Assembly (NCBI GenBank): GCA_021735045.1
Contig: JAIPHU010000013.1
Span: forward strand, 2,109 to 34,108
Length of the DNA: 32,000 bases
DNA from: Candidatus Omnitrophota bacterium
GTDB lineage: Bacteria; Omnitrophota; Gorgyraeia; Duberdicusellales; 4484-171
Direction: 5' to 3'
The notes below the pieces were generated by a model. That model was not told the origin of the DNA. It saw only the letters and a program-made list of their open reading frames with translations, and did not search any database. The translations under genes and the position numbers were made by a program. Positions 16,134-23,637 of this stretch are shown piece after piece. Position 1 is the first letter of the stretch. The number at the start of each line of letters is the position of its first letter.

Positions 16134-16257
16134 AGAACAAACGTCTTTTTTTTTCTTGCCTATTTATCTCTGCCTTAAATTTTTCTTTATTTGTAAAAAA
16201 ATATCTCTATAATAATAAAAAACAGCTAAACTTAACATAATAACATAGTGACATGCA

Positions 16258-17001
16258 ATGAAAAGAGTACGATTTTATATAAAACCAGAGTTGATAAAGA
16301 AAAAAATTAAAATTGTTAATAACAATACACTACACAAAATCAAAAATGTCCTTCGTTTATCAAAAAATCAAAATATTTACATTTTTGACGGAAAGGGCAA
16401 GGAGTGGAAATATAAAGTTAAAGAAATTAAAAAAAATGAGATATCAATCAATGAAATAAAAAAAACTAAAGACAAAAAAGAAAAAAAACCGTTGTTAACA
16501 CTAGGATTTCCTTTAACTCAAGAAAAAAAAATAGACTTTATTTTACAAAAATCTACTGAATTAGGAGTTTCGGAATTTACTCCTTTTATTTCATCAAGAA
16601 GTAGGGGCGCCTCGCGAGCCGCCCCTACTGATTCAAAAATAAAACGTTGGCAAAAAATAATCATTGAGGCTTGCCGACAATCAGAACGATTATGGATTCC
16701 TAGGATAAACCAGCCGCTTGCACTTGACCAACTAATTAAAAAAAATGCTGATTTAAAGATAGTAGGGGCGCCTCGCGAGGCGCCCCTACACGAGCCACCC
16801 CTACCGTTATTGATCAATACCTATAAAACAAAAAATATTCTTTGTATTGTAGGACCAGAAGGCGGGTTTTGCGAAAAAGAGATTAATAATCTCAGACAAA
16901 ATAACTGCAAACCGATAAAATTGTCCCTAAATATATTAAGAACTGAAACTGCAGCAATATTTATATCCGGCCTGATTAGATACAAATATTTAATAAACTA
17001 A
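16258..17001 (+). CDS. rsmE: 16S rRNA (uracil1498-N3)-methyltransferase
   Basis: Motifs 'FILQKSTELGVSEFTP', 'RWQKIIIEACRQSER', 'IVGPEGGF', 'ILRTETAA', and a length of 247 aa. Carries two in-frame GC-rich palindromes (see repeats). Confidence 0.85.
   Translation: MKRVRFYIKPELIKKKIKIVNNNTLHKIKNVLRLSKNQNIYIFDGKGKEWKYKVKEIKKNEISINEIKKTKDKKEKKPLLTLGFPLTQEKKIDFILQKSTELGVSEFTPFISSRSRGASRAAPTDSKIKRWQKIIIEACRQSERLWIPRINQPLALDQLIKKNADLKIVGAPREAPLHEPPLPLLINTYKTKNILCIVGPEGGFCEKEINNLRQNNCKPIKLSLNILRTETAAIFISGLIRYKYLIN
16601..16628. repeat. 28-nt GC-rich palindrome, copy 1 (inside rsmE)
   Basis: GTAGGGGCGCCTCGCGAGCCGCCCCTAC, 27/28 self-complementary. Encodes ..RGASRAAPT.. in the rsmE frame. Confidence 0.9.
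16762..16804. repeat. 28-nt GC-rich palindrome, copy 2, plus partial duplicate of its right arm (inside rsmE)
   Basis: GTAGGGGCGCCTCGCGAGGCGCCCCTAC (16762-16789) is a perfect palindrome with 22/28 G+C. It is followed by CGAGCCACCCCTAC (16791-16804), 12/14 identical to the right arm. Confidence 0.9.
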
Positions 17002-17003
17002 AA

Positions 17004-18251
17004 ATGCGTATAAAAATTAAAACTTTAGGTTGTAAAGTAAATCAATACGAAAGTCAGGCAATTGCAGAACAATTCGCTTCATTGGGGCATCAAATAACTG
17101 ATAAAAAGGCTGATCTATATATAATTAACAGTTGCACCGTAACCAAAATAGCTGACAAGAAATCACGAAAAAATATTTTGCAAGCAAAAAAAGAAAATCC
17201 AAAAGCTAAAATTGCTGTTTGCGGCTGCCTAGCAGAACTAAACAAAAACTATATAAAAAAAACAGGGGCCGACTATATTATTACCCAAAGAGATAAACAA
17301 AATTTAATAAATATAGTTTTAGGCAAAAAAGATTTTTTCCCTTTATCAAAAAGCCCTTGGAAGCTAAAAATTAAAAATTACCCTCATAAAAGAGCTTTTG
17401 TAAAAATACAAGATGGTTGTAATAATTTTTGCAGCTTTTGCAAAATACCTTATCTACGCCCTAGGCCCACTAGCCGTAAAAAAAAAGATATTATTAATGA
17501 AATTAAACGGCTCTCTTTAAAACATCATGAGATTGTTTTATCAGGAATAAATCTCAACTTATATGGACAAGACCTAGGCCTCAAAGATACTCTATCGAAC
17601 CTGACAGAAGAAGTTCTTAAACTTGCTTGCTTAGGACGATTACGTATCAGCTCGCTTCAACCATCACTTATTGATGATAAACTTATTAGCTTAATTTCTC
17701 ATCCTAAATTATGCCCTCATTTGCATCTTTCTTTTCAATACGGCCAAAACTCTATTCTTAAGGCGATGAATAAAAAAGAAACTGTAGAGATCTATTTAGA
17801 AAAAGTAAAAGCAATAAAAAAAGTTTCTCCAAATGCAGCAATAAGTTGTGATATAATAGTTGGTTTTCCGGGCGAAACTGAAAAAACTTTTCAACAAACG
17901 ATTAGCTTTTTAAAAAAGGTAAAACCAATGCGTATCCATATTTTTACTTTTTCGCCAAGAGAAAAAACCCCTTTGGCCAATAGTAGTTTAGTGGATAAAG
18001 ACAAAGTAAAAAAAAGATATAAAATTCTCGATAAAATGGCCAAAGATTTTTCACTTAGTTATTCCAAATTTTTCCTTAATCACCAGCTTGAAATGATTGC
18101 TGAAGAAGAAAAAAATGGTTACACTACAGGTTATAGCCAAAATTACATAAAAGTTAATCTAAAAGATAAGATAAAGCTTGGTTCAGCAGCAAAAGTAAAA
18201 ATAACAAAAGTAGACAAAAATAACAAGGTTTTTGCTAAACTTATAACTTAA
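17004..18251 (+). CDS. mtaB: tRNA methylthiotransferase (MtaB-type radical SAM MTTase)
   Basis: N-terminal 'IKTLGCKVNQYES', radical SAM 'GCNNFCSFCKIP', and a C-terminal TRAM-like segment (..AKVKITKVDKN..). MtaB versus MiaB/RimO is judged from the N-terminal motif only. Confidence 0.75.
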   Translation: MRIKIKTLGCKVNQYESQAIAEQFASLGHQITDKKADLYIINSCTVTKIADKKSRKNILQAKKENPKAKIAVCGCLAELNKNYIKKTGADYIITQRDKQNLINIVLGKKDFFPLSKSPWKLKIKNYPHKRAFVKIQDGCNNFCSFCKIPYLRPRPTSRKKKDIINEIKRLSLKHHEIVLSGINLNLYGQDLGLKDTLSNLTEEVLKLACLGRLRISSLQPSLIDDKLISLISHPKLCPHLHLSFQYGQNSILKAMNKKETVEIYLEKVKAIKKVSPNAAISCDIIVGFPGETEKTFQQTISFLKKVKPMRIHIFTFSPREKTPLANSSLVDKDKVKKRYKILDKMAKDFSLSYSKFFLNHQLEMIAEEEKNGYTTGYSQNYIKVNLKDKIKLGSAAKVKITKVDKNNKVFAKLIT

Positions 18252-18281
18252 AACTTGTGACTTGTATCTTGTAACTTTATT

Positions 18282-19025
18282 ATGCGCCTTAATCAATATC
18301 TGGCTAAAAGTGGAATTGCTTCTCGGCGAAAAGCCGAAGAGATAATAAAAAAAGAAAAAGTGACTATCAATGATAGATATGTTGATAAGCCTTACTATCA
18401 GGTAAATAACACAGATATTGTAAAAATTAATAATAAAAAAATAAAACCAGCAGAAAATATATACATATTGGTCAATAAACCAAAAGGAGTTACTACCACC
18501 TGTTTTGATAAATTTGCAAAAACTACCATCTTAGACTTAATCCCTAAACAAATTATTAACTTTATTAAAGGTCCCGGCAAAAAAAGAATATACCCTATCG
18601 GAAGATTGGATAAAAACTCAACTGGATTGATAGTATTAACCAACAATGGAGATTTTTGCTACAAGGCAACTCATCCTAAATTTGAAATAGAAAAAGAATA
18701 CATTATCCAGTTATCAAGGCAACTAAAAAAAGTTGACTATCAAAAAGCAAAAATCGGCGTCCTGGATCAAGGAGAACTGCTTAAAGTTAAAAAAATAAAA
18801 AAAGTAAAAAATAGTGGCTGGCCAAAACTTCCTCCTGGGCTTAAAGTAACTATAACTGAAGGTAAAAAAAGACATCTCAGGCGCTTATTTAAAAAACTAG
18901 GTTGTCCAATAATTTCTCTTAAAAGGATAAGCATCGGTAATCTTAGGCTCAATGAGTTAAAAGAAGGGGAGTGTAGGGTAATCTCTTCTTCTGAAATACA
19001 AAAAATATTTAAAAAAAATGGCTAA
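18282..19025 (+). CDS. rluB: pseudouridine synthase, RsuA/RluB family
   Basis: S4 domain 'MRLNQYLAKSGIASRRKAEEII' and catalytic 'GRLDKNSTGLIVLTNNG' with 'KEY'. The exact paralog assignment is uncertain. Confidence 0.7.
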   Translation: MRLNQYLAKSGIASRRKAEEIIKKEKVTINDRYVDKPYYQVNNTDIVKINNKKIKPAENIYILVNKPKGVTTTCFDKFAKTTILDLIPKQIINFIKGPGKKRIYPIGRLDKNSTGLIVLTNNGDFCYKATHPKFEIEKEYIIQLSRQLKKVDYQKAKIGVLDQGELLKVKKIKKVKNSGWPKLPPGLKVTITEGKKRHLRRLFKKLGCPIISLKRISIGNLRLNELKEGECRVISSSEIQKIFKKNG

Positions 19026-19569
19026 AGTAGTTTTCCTAGACAGAGATGGAGTATTAAATCAATATCCGGGTGATGGCAACTATGTAACTTGCCTCAAAGA
19101 GTTTAAGTTACTCCCTGGAACTATAGAATCTATAAAAAAGCTTAAAAAAGCCGGCTTTAAAATTTTTATTACCTCAAACCAATCTGGAGTGGCAAAAGGA
19201 AAATATTCTAAAAAAACATTGAGACAGATAGACAGAAAACTAAAATTTAAGCTCTGGCTTCATAGAACTTCAATTGACGGCATATATTATTGTATCCATA
19301 GCGACCAAGATAACTGTTTATGCCGAAAACCTAAAACTGGTTTATTAAATAAAGCGATAACAAGCTTAAAAGAAAAAGTGGAACTATCTTTTTTTATCGG
19401 AGATTCTTTTACTGACATAAACACTGCTAAAAATTTTGGCGCGCAATCTATACTTTTATTGTCAGGCAAAGAAAACCTCAAAAACAGAAAAAATTGGGAT
19501 TTTGAGCCAGATTATATATTTGATAATTTACTCTTAGCATCTAACTTTTTACTTAACAATTATGCCTAA
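19018..19569 (+). CDS. gmhB: D-glycero-D-manno-heptose 1,7-bisphosphate phosphatase (HAD-IIIA)
   Basis: Motifs 'VFLDRDGVLN', 'ITSNQSGVAKG', 'IDGIYYCIH....C.CRKPKTGLL', 'FIGDSFTDINTA'. Collinear with E. coli GmhB from memory. Confidence 0.8.
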   Translation: MAKVVFLDRDGVLNQYPGDGNYVTCLKEFKLLPGTIESIKKLKKAGFKIFITSNQSGVAKGKYSKKTLRQIDRKLKFKLWLHRTSIDGIYYCIHSDQDNCLCRKPKTGLLNKAITSLKEKVELSFFIGDSFTDINTAKNFGAQSILLLSGKENLKNRKNWDFEPDYIFDNLLLASNFLLNNYA

Positions 19570-20626
19570 AATAATAATTGTTCATGCAAGCTTTGGGCAG
19601 GGCCATAAACAAGCGGCCTTAGCTATTAGTTCTCATCTTAAAGCCCCTTGCTACGATTTACTTGATTTTACTTTTGGCTTTGTCAAAAAAATACAATCAG
19701 CTTCTTATCTCTGGATTACAAACAATTTTCCTTTCCTTTGGAAGCTACTCTTTAACATATCTCAACATAAAACAGTTATTAGTATTTTAAACATTTTTAA
19801 TCTTGTTACTTATTTTTCTTTTATCGGCTATGTTAAAAAAACAAAACCCGATATCATAATCACAACACATTTTTTTCCACCTCACCTTGTAAATATTATT
19901 AAAAAAAGATTAAAAATAATGCAAATTTCTGTAGTAACTGACATAAAACCTCACCGCCTTTGGGCTAATAAAGGAGTAGATAAATTTCTTGTTGCCACAA
20001 ACCAAACTAAAAAATGGCTAACTGAACTAGGAATCAGTAAACAAAAAATCATCCCTGGGTATGTATCAATTAGAAAAGGGTTTTTGAAAAAAGAATCTCG
20101 GGAAAATCTATATAAAAAATTTAACTTAGAAACAACTAAACAAACTATTCTTTTTGTATCTTCAGCTAGTGGCAACTTTGGATTTTTAGAAAAAGCCCTA
20201 AAATCTCTTAACCAAAAATTCAATTTATTGATAATTTATGGAAAAAACAGCAAATTAAAAAAATATTTAGAAAAAGCTGAACTTAAAAATGTAAAATTCT
20301 TCCCTTTTTATCAAAAAATATGGGAACTAATTAGCTTATCTGCTCTGATCGTGACAAAACCCGGCGGTCTTACTGTATTTGAAGGCGGCTATAAAAAAAA
20401 ACCTTTTGTTTTTACTCATTTTATTCCCGGCCAAGAAGAAGACAATATGATCTTTTTGAAAAAAAGAAAAATAGCTGAAATCGCTTTTAACCAGCAAACT
20501 TTAGTTGAATCTATTAATAAACTAACAAAAAAAGCAGAAAACCTAAAAAACAATTACCCACTAGATTTTCAAGATATTCGTAAGCCTTTAGATAAAATCA
20601 TTAACAACTATGACAAAAATAGCTAA
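19562..20626 (+). CDS. MGDG-synthase-like glycosyltransferase (GT28 / diacylglycerol glycosyltransferase-like)
   Basis: N-terminal 'IIIVHASFGQGHKQAALAI' and C-terminal 'VTKPGGLTVFEG' resemble the MGDG synthase/UgtP family. Confidence 0.6.
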   Translation: MPKIIIVHASFGQGHKQAALAISSHLKAPCYDLLDFTFGFVKKIQSASYLWITNNFPFLWKLLFNISQHKTVISILNIFNLVTYFSFIGYVKKTKPDIIITTHFFPPHLVNIIKKRLKIMQISVVTDIKPHRLWANKGVDKFLVATNQTKKWLTELGISKQKIIPGYVSIRKGFLKKESRENLYKKFNLETTKQTILFVSSASGNFGFLEKALKSLNQKFNLLIIYGKNSKLKKYLEKAELKNVKFFPFYQKIWELISLSALIVTKPGGLTVFEGGYKKKPFVFTHFIPGQEEDNMIFLKKRKIAEIAFNQQTLVESINKLTKKAENLKNNYPLDFQDIRKPLDKIINNYDKNS

Positions 20627-22412
20627 AATTACACTTCCTTTAACTATCGATAAAAAATTTGACTACAAGATACCTCCTGGGGAAAAACTAAAGCCTGGGA
20701 TGAGAGTACTAGTTGACTTTAACCGCAGAGAAAAAATGGGAATAGTTAGCTCTTTATCTAGTAAAACAAAAATTAATAGTTTAAAGTCAATAGATAAAAT
20801 TATTGACTCAAAACCTGTCCTCACAACTAAACATTTCAAGTTTGCCGATGAGCTTAGCAACTATTACCCTTATCCTAGCTCAAAGTTTTTATTTATGATG
20901 CTTCCGCCTCAGTTACGAAAAAAAGGTAAGCAAAAAATAAATTTAACTTTAAATGATAATAAAAATAGCTTAACAAAAGAAAAAACAGAGTTCATTAAAT
21001 CCGATTTTTTCTATGACCGTTATTCGGTTTGGAAAAAAGAAGTCAAAAAAGCATTGAAAAAGGGCTCAGTCATTATCTGCCTGCCTCAACTTACTTTTTT
21101 AAAAAAAATAAACAAAATGCTTAAAGAAGATTTTCCGCATCAAGTTTTTAATTTTTTTAGCAAACAACCAAATAAAGATCTACTTAACAATTGGATAAAC
21201 TCAAGACAAAAATCTCTAATTATAGGAACAAGATCGGCCCTTTTTTACTTTCCCGAAGATACAAGGTTAATTATAATAGAGGAAGAAACCAGTCCTTATT
21301 ATTTCCAAGAAGTACAACCATTTTATCATCTTCGCAAAGCCTCTCTTATTTTAACCAAACAGCTAAAAAACAAATTAATATTCTCTGGAGCTTATCCTTC
21401 TTTGTATACATATGACAGAATTAACAAAGGGCAAACAAAATTAATCAAACCAGAAAGAACAAAAAAAGGCCCAGAAATAGAAGTAGTTAACCGCAATCAC
21501 TTCACAAAATATAAATATATTAATCCTATTTTTCTAGAATTAATTCGCAAAACTATTTCAGAGAATAAAAAAGGAGTGATTATTTGGAATAAAAAACATT
21601 TCTGGAGAGTGGTATCTTGCAATAATTGCGGTCATGCTTTAGTTTGCAAGCATTGTTCAAGTTTTCTGCAACAAGAAGAAAAAAATAAAGATGAACTCTT
21701 ATGCCCCTACTGTCAAAAAAAATTTCCTTATCCAAAAATTTGTCCGGAATGTAAAAAAGGGTATCTTAAAGGCAAAGGGATGGGAGTTGGAAAATTAGAA
21801 GAAATATTAACAAAATTTTTTCCAGAAATAAAATTAAAAAATATTGATAATTATACTGATAAAACACAACTGATTATCTCTACTTCTAAAATTTTAAATC
21901 TTCTTTACCAGCAACAGTCTTTTGATAGGGGATTTATTTTAGACGCCGACTCTTATCTTAGCCAGTTTGATTTCGATATTACCTTTAAAACTTTTATTTA
22001 TCTTCAAAAATTAGCATTGTTATTTAAAGAAAAACTATTTGTTTTTTCAAGCCGGCCTAACTATTATTTATTTGAGCACCTTAATCAGAATTGGACTAAA
22101 TTTTACAATAAAGAGCTTCAGCTAAGAAAACAAATGGAACTACCCCCTTTTGTAAAAATAATAAAAATAATACTAAGACATAACAATCAAGAGAAGGCTT
22201 TAAAAAATGGAGAAAAGCTATACAATATATTAAAGAAGAAGAACTATGATAGTTTTGGTCCTTTTAAAGAATCTCCTCATAAACTTAGAGAAAAATATCG
22301 TTATAGTATAATAACAAAGATTAAAGATAAAATTAATTCTGATAAACCAATTTATTTTGAACTTAACAAAATAAAAAGAAAAGGAATCCAATCAGCAGTA
22401 ATAGTAAGTTAA
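20610..22412 (+). CDS. priA: primosomal protein N' (PriA) homolog with degenerate helicase motifs
   Basis: N-terminal 'FDYKIP..G.RVLVDF..R...GIV'. All four CxxC pairs of the PriA zinc region are present (CNNC, CKHC, CPYC, CPEC). 'IIGTRSALF' is retained, but no GxGKT is present and 'IIEEET' replaces DEEH. Confidence 0.7.
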   Translation: MTKIAKITLPLTIDKKFDYKIPPGEKLKPGMRVLVDFNRREKMGIVSSLSSKTKINSLKSIDKIIDSKPVLTTKHFKFADELSNYYPYPSSKFLFMMLPPQLRKKGKQKINLTLNDNKNSLTKEKTEFIKSDFFYDRYSVWKKEVKKALKKGSVIICLPQLTFLKKINKMLKEDFPHQVFNFFSKQPNKDLLNNWINSRQKSLIIGTRSALFYFPEDTRLIIIEEETSPYYFQEVQPFYHLRKASLILTKQLKNKLIFSGAYPSLYTYDRINKGQTKLIKPERTKKGPEIEVVNRNHFTKYKYINPIFLELIRKTISENKKGVIIWNKKHFWRVVSCNNCGHALVCKHCSSFLQQEEKNKDELLCPYCQKKFPYPKICPECKKGYLKGKGMGVGKLEEILTKFFPEIKLKNIDNYTDKTQLIISTSKILNLLYQQQSFDRGFILDADSYLSQFDFDITFKTFIYLQKLALLFKEKLFVFSSRPNYYLFEHLNQNWTKFYNKELQLRKQMELPPFVKIIKIILRHNNQEKALKNGEKLYNILKKKNYDSFGPFKESPHKLREKYRYSIITKIKDKINSDKPIYFELNKIKRKGIQSAVIVS

Positions 22413-22425
22413 AAAAAATAAAAAT

Positions 22426-23361
22426 ATGGATAAGATTGTTTATTTTGGAAGCTCTAATTTTTCGAAAAAAATATTACAAGCTCTTATAGAGGCTAAGATT
22501 AAACCTCTATTGGTTGTGACCAAGCCTGATGCCCCTAAGGGCAGGGGCCTGAAACTTTACCCAACTCAAGTAGCTAAAGTTTCAGAAGACAATCATATTG
22601 AAGTTACAAAGCCCAGTAATTTAAAAACTATTAAATTTTTAGATAAAATATCTAAGATTAACCCCAACTATTTAGTTGTCGCTGACTACGGAAAAATTAT
22701 TCCAAATTCACTACTGTCGATACCGAAAATTTTACCGCTGGGGGTTCACCCATCACTCTTGCCATTTTATAGAGGGCCTGCGCCAATCGAAAGAACTTTA
22801 ATTGATAACAGAAAAATAACCGGCGCCACAATTTTTAAACTAGATAAGGGTATTGATACCGGGCCTATAGTTTTACAGAAAAAGATAAAAATTGAATCAA
22901 ACGACACCTACTTTAGCCTTTCAAAAAAATTAGCAACTTTAGGCACAGAAGCTCTTATTGAAACTCTCTATCAACTAAAAGATAACCCGCCAAAATTAGA
23001 AAAACAAGATAGAAATAAAGCTACTTTTGCACCTAAACTATCTAAACAAGATGGAAAAATTAATTGGGAAAATAACGCTGAAAAAATAAAGAACTTAATT
23101 AGAGCAACCCTGAATTGGCCTACTGCCTATACTTACTACAGGAATAAAATATTAAAAATAACAGAAGCAGAAAGCCTAGAAGATAAAAACGAACAAAAAC
23201 CGTCAACAATTATAAAAATAGACAAATCTGGAATCTATGTAGCTACAAGTTTTGGCATATTGAAAATAAAAAAAGTGAAACCTGAAGGAAAAAAAGAAAT
23301 GCCGGCATGGTCTTTTGTTTGCGGCCACAAAATTCAAGAAGGAGACCGTTTTAAATTATGA
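22426..23361 (+). CDS. fmt: methionyl-tRNA formyltransferase
   Basis: Motifs 'IVYFGSSNFS', 'VVTKPDAPKGRG', 'GVHPSLLPFYRGPAPI', and a C-terminal beta-barrel domain. Confidence 0.9.
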   Translation: MDKIVYFGSSNFSKKILQALIEAKIKPLLVVTKPDAPKGRGLKLYPTQVAKVSEDNHIEVTKPSNLKTIKFLDKISKINPNYLVVADYGKIIPNSLLSIPKILPLGVHPSLLPFYRGPAPIERTLIDNRKITGATIFKLDKGIDTGPIVLQKKIKIESNDTYFSLSKKLATLGTEALIETLYQLKDNPPKLEKQDRNKATFAPKLSKQDGKINWENNAEKIKNLIRATLNWPTAYTYYRNKILKITEAESLEDKNEQKPSTIIKIDKSGIYVATSFGILKIKKVKPEGKKEMPAWSFVCGHKIQEGDRFKL

Positions 23362-23630
23362 GAAAACAATATCACTTATTTTTTTCTGGTACGGTTCAAG
23401 GGGTTGGTTTTCGTTTTACCACCCGGGCTTTAGCCCAAAAACATAAAGTGAAGGGCTGGGTTAAAAATTTATCCGATGGGCGGGTTGAGCTTATTGCTGA
23501 AGCCGAAAAAGACAATTTAGATAATTTTCTCGCAGAATTAAAAGAAAGGTTTAAACACAATATCTCTGATTTAGAAAAAGAAGAAAATAAACCCACAGAG
23601 CATTATCAAGACTTTCAGGTAACCTTCTGA
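23358..23630 (+). CDS. acyP: acylphosphatase
   Basis: 90 aa. Motifs 'SGTVQGVGFR' and 'GWVKNLSDGRVE'. Shows ATGA overlap with fmt. Confidence 0.85.
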   Translation: MRKQYHLFFSGTVQGVGFRFTTRALAQKHKVKGWVKNLSDGRVELIAEAEKDNLDNFLAELKERFKHNISDLEKEENKPTEHYQDFQVTF

Positions 23631-23637
23631 AAAAAAA

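Noticed and set aside
16133-16154. Possible intrinsic terminator after the PilX-like gene (T9 run at 16146-16154)
   Set aside because: Only a 4-bp stem (AAGA/TCTT) precedes the T run. This is too weak to call, although the 124-nt gap suggests a transcript boundary here.
16518-16817. 99-aa minus-strand ORF antisense to rsmE
   Set aside because: It exists only because the two palindromes read as similar Gly/Ala/Arg/Pro peptides on both strands and bridge otherwise stop-poor antisense sequence. The + strand frame carries clear RsmE motifs.
18252-18281. Short 7-nt periodicity ACTTGTG ACTTGTA TCTTGTA ACTTTAT between mtaB and the pseudouridine synthase gene
   Set aside because: There are only 3-4 imperfect units in 30 nt with no complementary partner array. 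It is too short to distinguish from chance in AT-rich spacer DNA.
21191-21415. 74-aa alternative-frame ORF inside the priA homolog
   Set aside because: I checked it as a possible sign of a frameshift hiding the missing helicase motifs. The peptide shows no Walker A/B-like sequence, so it is a chance ORF.
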